A DNA stretch of 20,000 bases from an uncultured virus (IMG/VR IMGVR_UViG_3300026549_000006) (IMGVR_UViG_3300026549_000006:46926-66925); one strand, 5' to 3'; positions 1 to 7,474 are shown, numbered from the stretch's first letter. Translations and numbers: made by a program. Notes: generated by a model not told the origin, from the sequence alone.

Positions 1-3
1 CAC

Positions 4-11
4 TATATTTG
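4..11 (+). promoter_or_regulatory. Bacteroidota sigma-A -7 element (TATATTTG), rightward early promoter
   Basis: Matches TAnnTTTG and is followed by CA; the -33 element would lie outside the window. Confidence 0.55.
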
Positions 12-92
12 CACCTGTGTTCGGATATAAACAACAAGTCCGAGTTCATCAGCGACGGAAGTTGATTCCCATCGGCACAATATAGTCACCTG

Positions 93-124
93 CAAAGATA
101 GGAAAAAACTTTTAAATCGCCAAA
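93..124 (-). promoter_or_regulatory. Leftward Bacteroidota promoter TTTG-N20-TATCTTTG
   Basis: CAAAGATA at 93-100 and CAAA at 121-124 on +, with a 20 nt spacer, match the consensus exactly. Confidence 0.65.
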
Positions 125-152
125 CAAAAACAACAAAATTATATAAACAAGA

Positions 153-374
153 ATGAAAATTACCGTCAACGACATCCGTAAAATCAAAGTAGGAAAGCCT
201 TTAATTAGGCTTCTCCCTGAGAGAAAAGAGTGTTACTACACGAGGAATTTGGTTACTTATGTAAACAATTCCTATCCCGTAGAAGGCTACCGCTACACCG
301 TCCACGTGACGAAGGAGAACATCGTGTCAATACAACTTGTAAAGAAAGACGAAAATGAAAACGAATGTGACTAA
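153..374 (+). CDS. Hypothetical phage protein (first early gene)
   Basis: 73 aa ORF with an A-rich leader; overlaps the next gene. Confidence 0.7.
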   Translation: MKITVNDIRKIKVGKPLIRLLPERKECYYTRNLVTYVNNSYPVEGYRYTVHVTKENIVSIQLVKKDENENECD

Positions 375-618
375 ACAAGCCGCTGTCAGCCGGTGCGACA
401 AACTCTTCCTTTCTCAGAAGGAAGCTGTCAAGTACATCGGGATGTCGAAAGACTGGCTCGAAGCACGACGCGAGGAGGGTGTCCTGCATTACTCCAAGGT
501 AGCCAACGCCATCTTCTATATAAAGTCGGAAATCGACCGCCTCATCACCGATGGAGCCTGCTCCGGCAGGCAGGCGTTTCGTCAGGAAGTAGCCAACAGC
601 AAATCCGAAGCCCTATGA
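355..618 (+). CDS. Excisionase-like helix-turn-helix DNA-binding protein
   Basis: FLSQKEAVKYIGMSKDWL...YSKV...IFY.KSEID fits the HTH_17/MerR-like excisionase pattern. Confidence 0.75.
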   Translation: MKTNVTKQAAVSRCDKLFLSQKEAVKYIGMSKDWLEARREEGVLHYSKVANAIFYIKSEIDRLITDGACSGRQAFRQEVANSKSEAL

Positions 619-746
619 TGACGTTTGTTATCCTCAGCTGCCTGGTCGAAGTGTTTTCCACACTTATGTTCGCAGCAGCGATCGTGTTGGGCATCCGCGA
701 AGTCATCCTCTACTTCCGCGACGTGCCGTTCCTCTTTAAGAAATGA
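615..746 (+). CDS. Small hydrophobic membrane protein (43 aa)
   Basis: ATGA overlap with the upstream stop; MMTFVILSCLVEVFSTLMFAAAIVLGIREVILYFRDVPFLFKK. Confidence 0.6.
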   Translation: MMTFVILSCLVEVFSTLMFAAAIVLGIREVILYFRDVPFLFKK

Positions 747-870
747 TATTAACCCGCCAGCCGTGAGGCCCGCATAACAAATACCGCCTGTAAAGGCAGG
801 CGTGCGGTGAAAGCCCGCCGACGAAAACTCATTAACCAATCCAACCCCGCCCTCTCGTGTGAGGGCTTTA

Positions 871-987
871 TGCCGCAGAAAGTCCGTAAGTGGATGCCAG
901 AATCAACTGGAGACAACCTACCACCATCCGCAGGAGCAACGGACAAGTAAATTTGGTTTGAGCGAGGGTTCGATTCCCCCTGCGGCA
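871..987 (+). ncRNA. tRNA-like structured RNA A
   Basis: Acceptor-like stem TGCCGCA/TGCGGCA; T-arm GAGGG-TTCGATT-CCCCC; nested internal stems GTCCGT/ACGGAC, GGATG/CATCC, CCAG/CTGG. Confidence 0.6.
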
Positions 988-1053
988 CTTTGGAACGTGA
1001 TACAGCCTTCATCTTAATAAGGCAGATTAGGCGCCTGCCCTGACGTTCCGCTC

Positions 1054-1063
1054 GTTCTTTGAC
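1054..1063 (+). promoter_or_regulatory. boxA-like antitermination element
   Basis: GTTCTTTGAC resembles the NusB/NusE boxA consensus (GYTCTTTAAC-like) and lies just after a stem GGAACGT/ACGTTCC. Confidence 0.45.
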
Positions 1064-1091
1064 TTCTTGAAACAAAAAATATCACTCGCTG

Positions 1092-1180
1092 GGAGGTGCA
1101 GTATGACTGCGCGGACGATGATTTACACTTTTAGCCATAATTACGAATTGTCCGTGAGCTGGGTAGCGCCAGCCGCCTCC
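1092..1180 (+). ncRNA. tRNA-like cloverleaf RNA B
   Basis: GGAGGTG/CGCCTCC closing stem, CAGT-ATG-ACTG arm, CGCGGACGA/TTGTCCGTG long arm, GCTGG-GTAGCG-CCAGC arm, then TTTTT. Confidence 0.5.
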
Positions 1181-1190
1181 TTTTTATATA

Positions 1191-1338
1191 TGGGAGCCCT
1201 CGGTGGTTTGAGACACTGAATCAAGAAAAGTATAACAAACCAGCATTCCAGTTCAGCAGTCCTGCCTCTTTAAAAGTTTTCTTGAGCTGAAGGGGCTGTG
1301 TAGGTCTCTACGGAGGAGTTCGATTCTCCTCGCTCCCA
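1191..1338 (+). ncRNA. tRNA-like structured RNA C
   Basis: TGGGAGC/GCTCCCA stem; T-arm GAGGAG-TTCGATT-CTCCTC; arms TCGGTG/CACTGA and TCAAGAAAA/TTTTCTTGA. Confidence 0.6.
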
Positions 1339-1345
1339 CAAAATC

Positions 1346-1449
1346 GGAGGAATGGGTACTGCGAAGTACAAGCAGAACCGCCGGACGAAACCTCCACGGA
1401 GTCCTCGACACTCTGTGACAGGTGTAGGGATTCGACTCCCCCTTTCTCC
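1346..1449 (+). ncRNA. tRNA-like structured RNA D (degenerate T-arm)
   Basis: GGAGGAA/TTTCTCC stem; GTACT-GCGA-AGTAC GNRA hairpin; GGGA-TTCGAC-TCCC; CCA follows at 1450-1452. Confidence 0.5.
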
Positions 1450-1571
1450 CCAAAAACCCGTGAGGGCGGTTCTCTTCTTTTATTACATTTTATATTCTTA
1501 TTTCATTTTGGTATTACAAGCCCGTGAGGGTGTTTTCCTGATTGACTTATTCATATTAATAGGTACATTTG

Positions 1572-1597
1572 GCCCACAGCGGTGGGCTTTTCATTTG
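1572..1597 (+). terminator. Possible intrinsic terminator
   Basis: GCCCAC-AGCG-GTGGGC followed by TTTTCATTT. Confidence 0.45.
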
Positions 1598-1721
1598 AAG
1601 TTTCTGTTTGTTTAATGATAAGTGCCAGCGGACAAAGGCTTTGAACCGATGAAGGCGGGCAATATACCCGCATTTTTCCGAATAACATTTTTAATTCATA
1701 TATGCAAACAAATAATTCTTT

Positions 1722-2084
1722 ATGAAACACCTACTCTTCACCTCCCTCCGCCAGTGGCGCATCTGCATGGCGGCAGGCTGCGCCAAGTTCCTATGGGGAC
1801 TATGGCGCATCGTCAGCGGCATCATCTTCGGCATCCTATCCGTCTTCTGGTGGATAGGACGGCTCGTCGAAGCCTTCTGCCGCCGTGAACCTATCGCAGC
1901 AGCCGTCATCGCCGTCCTGCTGCTCATCCTCTCGTTCGGGTGGCTCTCCACCTATGTATCAGCACGCACACACCTCACCACCGCCGAATATCAGCGCGAC
2001 TCCATCGGCTACGTCCTCGACCGCTACATGCAGGCATACGACTCCGTGGTGGTAGACGGCGACACGTTGAAATACCAAAACTAA
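1722..2084 (+). CDS. Hypothetical membrane protein
   Basis: 120 aa with two to three hydrophobic segments; phage-like codon use. Confidence 0.75.
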   Translation: MKHLLFTSLRQWRICMAAGCAKFLWGLWRIVSGIIFGILSVFWWIGRLVEAFCRREPIAAAVIAVLLLILSFGWLSTYVSARTHLTTAEYQRDSIGYVLDRYMQAYDSVVVDGDTLKYQN

Positions 2085-2090
2085 CTCTCT

Positions 2091-2390
2091 ATGCCGAAAT
2101 TACGCATCAACAGCGTGCTCAGCCACGAAATGCTCAGTACGTTAGACGACGACCAGCGACGTTCATTCGTCAAGGAGAACGCCGCTTTCATACTCACCAG
2201 AAGGACATCCGACAAAAAGGGGCCGCTTGTAGACATCGACGACATGAGAATCTACGACCTCGACATCGACTACCTCGTCTTCGACGCCCACTACAACACA
2301 CAGGGGCACCTCTATGCGAGCATCGAATGCCATCGCGTGAATGGTGAGATTGTAACCTCCGAACCCATTATAGATTACAAACATTATTAA
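2091..2390 (+). CDS. Hypothetical protein
   Basis: 99 aa ORF tightly packed in the operon. Confidence 0.7.
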   Translation: MPKLRINSVLSHEMLSTLDDDQRRSFVKENAAFILTRRTSDKKGPLVDIDDMRIYDLDIDYLVFDAHYNTQGHLYASIECHRVNGEIVTSEPIIDYKHY

Positions 2391-2404
2391 AAACCGAAAA
2401 AATT

Positions 2405-2680
2405 ATGATTAAAATCACATTTGAAATCAGCGAAGACTTTATTAACGAGAAAGCTGACATTACCAATCTTCCCGAAGGATTAACTGCATCAAGTGCTTTA
2501 AAATTTTTTGAAGATATGGTGAGTTTCACCTTTATTAAAGAGGCTATCAAATCAGGCACAACAGAGTTCTATGTAACTCCTGATAAATTAGGCGAACAGT
2601 ATATGAAGATATATAACCTATTTATAGGAGAAATATGTGCCCTTGCCGCCTTCTCCGAAACGGACAATAAAAAAGAGTGA
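2405..2680 (+). CDS. Hypothetical protein
   Basis: 91 aa AT-rich ORF; GTGA overlap with the next gene. Confidence 0.7.
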   Translation: MIKITFEISEDFINEKADITNLPEGLTASSALKFFEDMVSFTFIKEAIKSGTTEFYVTPDKLGEQYMKIYNLFIGEICALAAFSETDNKKE

Positions 2681-3264
2681 GCACATGTATGAATAGGATA
2701 ATAAAATTCAGAGGTAGAGTCAACGGCCAGTGGGTGTATGGCGACTATGCTCACGGCAGGTATATCAGTTGCGATGGAGTTCTTCACGATGTAGACCCAG
2801 ACACCATCGGTCAGTATTCGGGAGTCCACGACAAGAACGGCAAGGAGATATATGAGGGCGACATCGTAACGATGATGCGTACACCTGAAAACAAGAATAG
2901 GAAGGCCATGCTTACAAGGCACATCGTCACACCTTATTCCGTATTGGACTGGACGCTGAAATCTCTGACCAATGGCGTGTTGCCGCATTCAATGATGGGT
3001 TTCTCTGACAGGTGGAGTAGCTATAAGATGGAGGTAATCGGCAACGTCCACGACAACCCAGAGTTGACATACGAGGAAACGCTTCCACCGCCAAGGAGCA
3101 GAAAGAAAAAGAATGGCACTCTACAAGTGGAGTTCGTTGTAAAGGAAAACCCAAAAAGAGAGCCGTATATCGAGCGTTCCGGCAATAATGCGAAGGTCAT
3201 CTGCGAGGTAACACAAGAAGAGATGAATAATGCCGTCAATCAAGCAATAGACAGTAGAAAATGA
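2677..3264 (+). CDS. yopX: YopX family phage protein (alternative start ATG 2689)
   Basis: IKFRG...WVYG...TIGQYSG..DKNGKEIYEGDIV...EVIGNVHDNPEL hallmark motifs, plus a C-terminal extension. Confidence 0.85.
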   Translation: MSTCMNRIIKFRGRVNGQWVYGDYAHGRYISCDGVLHDVDPDTIGQYSGVHDKNGKEIYEGDIVTMMRTPENKNRKAMLTRHIVTPYSVLDWTLKSLTNGVLPHSMMGFSDRWSSYKMEVIGNVHDNPELTYEETLPPPRSRKKKNGTLQVEFVVKENPKREPYIERSGNNAKVICEVTQEEMNNAVNQAIDSRK

Positions 3265-3542
3265 GCTACAAAGACCAGAAACTCGCATGGCTTGCCAAAC
3301 ACCCACGCGCCACCACCGACGAAGCCTACGAAGCAGGCTACCTTCAGTGCATTGACAACTATTGCAGCAAAGAAACCTTTACTAAACAAAAACAATGTTC
3401 ACGCCAAAAGACGGACAATACTACTACTCGCCGCACGGATATGCCTGGGGCATCTGGCTCCACCACGACAACGGAGACGGCCATTCAAGCGCTGACTTCA
3501 TCAAGGATTGCTACACCAGAGAGGAAGCAGCCGCAGAAGTGA
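3261..3542 (+). CDS. Hypothetical protein; only the first ~40 aa look protein-like
   Basis: ATGA-coupled start; the C-terminal half overlaps the next gene in another frame. Confidence 0.5.
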   Translation: MSYKDQKLAWLAKHPRATTDEAYEAGYLQCIDNYCSKETFTKQKQCSRQKTDNTTTRRTDMPGASGSTTTTETAIQALTSSRIATPERKQPQK

Positions 3543-3562
3543 AAAAACTCAACAAATGGTAA
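3395..3562 (+). CDS. Small hypothetical phage protein (55 aa, not in ORF track)
   Basis: MFTPKDGQYYYSPHGYAWGIWLHHDNGDGHSSADFIKDCYTREEAAAEVKKLNKW; A-rich leader; stop 1 nt before the next ATG. Confidence 0.65.
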   Translation: MFTPKDGQYYYSPHGYAWGIWLHHDNGDGHSSADFIKDCYTREEAAAEVKKLNKW

Positions 3563-3563
3563 T

Positions 3564-3893
3564 ATGCTTTTAAACAATTTCATCACTAACGACCGAGGCA
3601 TCGTCATCAAGAAATGCTGTGCCTCGTGCATACACATGGAGCCGGAAAACGAATTTCGGCGGAAATGCAAGATAGGAGAGGGTTCCGTCAGGCCGAGCGG
3701 CCTATGCTCCGACTGGGCAATGCGCGAGAATCTGTGCAATGCCGGAAAAGGCGACGGGAAAATCAAGAAGAAACACTATCTCAAATACGTTCACGACTAC
3801 CAGCAGCCGCCAGACCCGCTGCCACGCGTCCCCATCAACACCATCCGACGCGAATACGAGGAAGAACATGGTTCAATCTATTTAAATTTCTAA
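3564..3893 (+). CDS. Cys-rich (putative Zn-binding) protein
   Basis: KKCCASC...C...LCSDW pattern. Confidence 0.7.
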   Translation: MLLNNFITNDRGIVIKKCCASCIHMEPENEFRRKCKIGEGSVRPSGLCSDWAMRENLCNAGKGDGKIKKKHYLKYVHDYQQPPDPLPRVPINTIRREYEEEHGSIYLNF

Positions 3894-3897
3894 CAAT

Positions 3898-4743
3898 ATG
3901 AACGAAGTAACAGTTACAACACAACAACCGCAGTCGCTCCAGCAGCTTATGAACAGCGGAGCGGTCATGAAGAAACTCAACGACGTGCTTGGCTCAGAGA
4001 AGAAGGCCGCATCGTTTATCTCGTCAGTAATCAGCGTCGCCAACGGAAACTCCATGCTCCGAAATGCAGCACCGATGACAATCCTCGGCTCGGCAATGGT
4101 AGCAGCGACGCTCGATCTTCCGGTCGTGCCAACACTCGGTCTTGCCTACATCGTTCCTTACAAGGGGCAGGCTCAGTTCCAGTTAGGCTATAAAGGACTC
4201 ATCGAACTTGCCGAGCGTTCAGGACAGTTCAAGAACATCATCGACGAGGTGGTCTATGAAGGCCAGTTGGTGAAGAAAAACAAGTTCACTGGTGAATACG
4301 AGTTCGACGAAGATGCGAAGACCTCCGACAAGGTCTTAGGGTACATGGCCAGAATGGATCTCGTCAACGGATTCTCCAAGACTATCTTCTGGACGAAAGA
4401 GGAAGTCGAGGCCCACGCCAAGAAGTACTCGCAAGCATTCAGCAGGGGATATTCCTCACCGTGGAAGTCAGATTTCGATGCAATGGCACGCAAGACAGTC
4501 CTGAAGGCGCTGTTCTCAAAGTATGCGCCTAAGTCTGTAGCCATGCAGCAGGCCGTCAAGTTCGACCAGGCAGTTATCCGTCCAGACGGCATCACCGAGG
4601 ACGACCTCGTAATTGATGCGTTCGATGCCGAATACATCGACAACGAGGCTCCCGTCGCCGAAGCCGCCACCGAGGAGGTAGACCCCTCCAAAGACCTCTT
4701 CGGAGACACCCCTAAAGACACGAAGAAAGGAGAGAAGAAATGA
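3898..4743 (+). CDS. recT: RecT family single-strand annealing recombinase
   Basis: LGLAYIVPYKGQAQFQLGYKGLIELAERSGQ and SPWKSDFDAMARKTVLK are RecT motifs. Confidence 0.92.
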   Translation: MNEVTVTTQQPQSLQQLMNSGAVMKKLNDVLGSEKKAASFISSVISVANGNSMLRNAAPMTILGSAMVAATLDLPVVPTLGLAYIVPYKGQAQFQLGYKGLIELAERSGQFKNIIDEVVYEGQLVKKNKFTGEYEFDEDAKTSDKVLGYMARMDLVNGFSKTIFWTKEEVEAHAKKYSQAFSRGYSSPWKSDFDAMARKTVLKALFSKYAPKSVAMQQAVKFDQAVIRPDGITEDDLVIDAFDAEYIDNEAPVAEAATEEVDPSKDLFGDTPKDTKKGEKK

Positions 4744-5507
4744 TAGAACAACGTTCTAACGAGTGGTTCCAGCAGCGATTGGGCATGATTACTGCCTCCG
4801 AGTTCTTTAACCTTATGAAGAACTCCCGTCAGGAAGTACCCATGTCGCCCGAAGAAATCGAAGCCTACAAGGCCGAACACCCGCGTGCCAAGAACATTCC
4901 GACGACGAAAAAGGTAGAGGTAGCGTTTTCCGACGCTACCTACACCTACCTCAACCGAAAGGTCATGGAGCGTTACATCCCGAAGGACACCGGCACCTGC
5001 GACGAATACATTGAGACCCACCAAATCTCAAATGCAGCCATGCGCTACGGCACTGACCTCGAACCGATGGCTCGCGATGCCTATGCCGAGAAAATGGGCT
5101 GCGAGGTGATGGAAGTCGAGTTCGTACCGCTCAAAGGTTTCGAGACTATCTGCGGCGTGTCCTCCGACGGCATCGTGCGCGGCGAGAAAGGTGGCATCGA
5201 ACTGAAGTGCCCGTTCCTTATCGAGCATCACCTCGACTATCTCCTCCTCGAAAATATTGACCAACTCCTCGAAATGAGGCCGGAGTATTACTGGCAGATG
5301 CGCCTCAATATGCTCGCATGGGATTTGGAGTGGTACGACTTCGTGTCCTACTGCCCCTACGTCTCGCCGTCAAAGCAACTCAAAATCCTGCGCATGTATC
5401 GCGACCGCGACATCGACGAAGAAATGCTCCGGCGACTCTCTCTCGCCCGCGACCACATGGGTAAACTCTTCACCAAGCTCAACAACATTCAAACCATCAT
5501 AAAATAA
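4740..5507 (+). CDS. yqaJ: YqaJ / lambda-exonuclease family protein
   Basis: EQRSNEWFQQRLGMITASE, MRYGTDLEP.AR, SSDG, IELKCP and YYWQ motifs; adjacent to recT. Confidence 0.9.
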   Translation: MIEQRSNEWFQQRLGMITASEFFNLMKNSRQEVPMSPEEIEAYKAEHPRAKNIPTTKKVEVAFSDATYTYLNRKVMERYIPKDTGTCDEYIETHQISNAAMRYGTDLEPMARDAYAEKMGCEVMEVEFVPLKGFETICGVSSDGIVRGEKGGIELKCPFLIEHHLDYLLLENIDQLLEMRPEYYWQMRLNMLAWDLEWYDFVSYCPYVSPSKQLKILRMYRDRDIDEEMLRRLSLARDHMGKLFTKLNNIQTIIK

Positions 5508-5520
5508 ACAATCCGACATT

Positions 5521-5859
5521 ATGAAAAATCTTTACGGGTCAATCGACCTCACCCTCATCGGGCGCATCGTCCGACAGCATCCCGAACTCATCCGCAAGGT
5601 GCAGTTCAAGGACGGCGAACACCAGCTCCTCAACATCGACATCCACGACAAGCGCGAGGCCGACCAGTACGGCAACGTCGCCTACATCAAGGCAGCCTGC
5701 AAGAAAGACCAGCAGCGCGAAGGTGTCAACTACTACCTCGCCAACCTGAAACTCTCGCAGTTCCAGGACGAACAGCAGCAGTCGCCCGTTCCCAACGCCC
5801 AGCCCTACAACCAACAGCAGGCACCAGCACCGATTGATGAGTCGGGACTTCCATTTTAA
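5521..5859 (+). CDS. Putative single-stranded DNA-binding protein
   Basis: Follows recT/yqaJ; beta-rich core, Q/P linker and acidic ...DESGLPF tail. Confidence 0.6.
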   Translation: MKNLYGSIDLTLIGRIVRQHPELIRKVQFKDGEHQLLNIDIHDKREADQYGNVAYIKAACKKDQQREGVNYYLANLKLSQFQDEQQQSPVPNAQPYNQQQAPAPIDESGLPF

Positions 5860-5954
5860 TATTCAGTGTGCTGCGGTATCACCGCAGCCACTCTTAAACC
5901 CAGTTTTAATATGGCCACAAGCATGGAGAAGTAAATTATTTAAGAAATAGCCGA

Positions 5955-6782
5955 ATGGAAAGAACATCATTCGTTTTTCATAAAGAATGGAGGTTAGCCA
6001 CAAAGAATCTGCCAACCGACGTCAGGGCTGAAATCTACGATGCCATAATAGAGTATGGCCTTTCGGGGACGGTTCCGGCGGGCATGAAGCCGATGGCAGG
6101 TGTAGCGTTCAACTTTATTAAAGACGATATAGATAAAGACTTGGAAAAGTATACTGCCATCTGCGAAAGAAACCGCGCTAATGGACGTCGTTCTAAAGGC
6201 AGACCGAAAACCCAAAGAAACCCAAAGAAACCCAGTGGGTTATCTGGGTTATCGGAGCAAAGCGAAAAACCCTCCGAAATTCCTTTATATAAAGGTGTTC
6301 CAGAAGAAAAACCCAGTGGGTTATTTGGGTTATTGCATGACGGAAAAAGCAGTCTAATAAAAGAAAGAAAAGACTCTTTCCCCTCTGCACTCCCTAATCT
6401 TCAAAAGAAAGAAAACAACACGTATATTAGCGCGCGCGAGGAGGAGGTTTCTTTTGAAGAATTTTGGAACGCTTACGGCTACAAGAAAAGCAAGTTGCAA
6501 GCAGAGAAAGCATGGAAGCGTCTATCTCCTGCCGATAAATCTAACGCCCTCGCCTCGATACCTGCGTACAAAGCCGACTGCCAATCATGCGGACGCAGCA
6601 TGAAATACCCTGCTACCTACCTCAATGGCAGGACTTGGGAAGATGATTTTAACTCTAACAATAACCCCTATGCAACAACCAAAACCAATCAGCAGCCTTA
6701 TCACGACAGCGACCACCCGACAAACGACGAATTGCGGCAGCAGACTGCCGACTACATCGCCAGCTATCTCGCAAAAGGCTGA
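5955..6782 (+). CDS. Phage replication initiator (DUF6291 N-terminal domain)
   Basis: SFVFHKEW...YDAIIEYG N-terminus; C-terminal FEEFWNAY..KK.K..AEKAW...YPATYLNGRTWED. Confidence 0.8.
   Translation: MERTSFVFHKEWRLATKNLPTDVRAEIYDAIIEYGLSGTVPAGMKPMAGVAFNFIKDDIDKDLEKYTAICERNRANGRRSKGRPKTQRNPKKPSGLSGLSEQSEKPSEIPLYKGVPEEKPSGLFGLLHDGKSSLIKERKDSFPSALPNLQKKENNTYISAREEEVSFEEFWNAYGYKKSKLQAEKAWKRLSPADKSNALASIPAYKADCQSCGRSMKYPATYLNGRTWEDDFNSNNNPYATTKTNQQPYHDSDHPTNDELRQQTADYIASYLAKG
6208..6333. repeat. Iteron-like repeats inside the initiator gene
   Basis: AAACCCAGTGGGTTAT(C/T)TGGGTTAT at 6228-6252 and 6309-6333; AAACCCA at 6208, 6218 and 6228. Confidence 0.7.
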
Positions 6783-7317
6783 CATCATCCGACGCCGCTT
6801 CGGCACGAAAGAGGAGTTCCTGATGAAGGTGAACCCCGATCTGCAACCATACTTCGCCGGAAATCTTCAAAAAGCCATCATGGGCGACTATCCGACACTT
6901 GCCGACATCAATCTCGCCTACGATGAGCAGTTCGCAAGTATGTGGCTCGTGGCGCAAATCGCCAACCTCGCATCCTTTACAGGCTCCAAAAACCTCTCCT
7001 TAGACCAGGAGCGCGACCTCGCACGCGTCATCGCCACCGAGTATCACTATTTCAAGATTACCGAACTCCTCGTCTTCTTCTACCGCTTCAAGGCAGGCCG
7101 TTACGGTCGTTTCTACGGCTCCGTAGACCCGATGGTGATAACTTGTGCCCTCCGAGAGTTTCGACGCGAGAGAAACGATTTAATCGACCTCTACGAGCAA
7201 CAGAGACGTGAGGAGGAGGAAGCCGAGTACAACAAGGCGCACCCTCCCATGACGCGCGACGAATGGATTGAAGTAAAAGCCATCATCGCCATGTACAACT
7301 CCAACTACACCGTCTAA
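6670..7317 (+). CDS. DUF6633-like replication-associated protein
   Basis: PTL...WLVAQI..L..FTGSK...ELLVFFYRFKAGRYGRFYGSVDP; sits downstream of the initiator; ATG 6670 preferred. Confidence 0.65.
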   Translation: MQQPKPISSLITTATTRQTTNCGSRLPTTSPAISQKADIIRRRFGTKEEFLMKVNPDLQPYFAGNLQKAIMGDYPTLADINLAYDEQFASMWLVAQIANLASFTGSKNLSLDQERDLARVIATEYHYFKITELLVFFYRFKAGRYGRFYGSVDPMVITCALREFRRERNDLIDLYEQQRREEEEAEYNKAHPPMTRDEWIEVKAIIAMYNSNYTV

Positions 7318-7336
7318 CCCTCAGTAAAATCTCCCT

Positions 7337-7474
7337 ATGTACTACAAAGACCCCGGTTATTGGCGAGATTGGTATTGGAACCGCGGAGGCCGCGAGAAAG
7401 TCCAAGCCAGACGCTACATCAACGAATACAAACGACTCCTAAAACGACAGCAAGAAAATGAAAAAGGAAAATGA
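7337..7474 (+). CDS. Small basic protein (45 aa, not in ORF track)
   Basis: MYYKDPGYWRDWYWNRGGREKVQARRYINEYKRLLKRQQENEKGK; fills the gap between flanking genes. Confidence 0.55.
   Translation: MYYKDPGYWRDWYWNRGGREKVQARRYINEYKRLLKRQQENEKGK

Noticed and set aside
1383..1403. Hammerhead-like GGACGAAAC...GTC
   Set aside because: No CTGANGA core in a suitable position, and stem III would close a 2-nt loop.
871..1449. Calling the four elements canonical tRNAs or tmRNA
   Set aside because: No standard D-arm or 7-nt anticodon loop, lengths are wrong, and there is no tmRNA G3-U70 acceptor or tag ORF.
749..1951. ORF-track calls 749-1075, 1253-1453, 1352-1615, 1622-1888 and 1691-1951
   Set aside because: They overlap structured RNA elements or a better gene, and their composition is not protein-like.
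4254..5024. 256-aa minus-strand ORF
   Set aside because: Antisense shadow of recT/yqaJ.
5870..5888. Hairpin GCTGCGGT-ATC-ACCGCAGC after the SSB-like gene
   Set aside because: No U-tract; may be a stabilising or processing hairpin, but too little evidence for a call.
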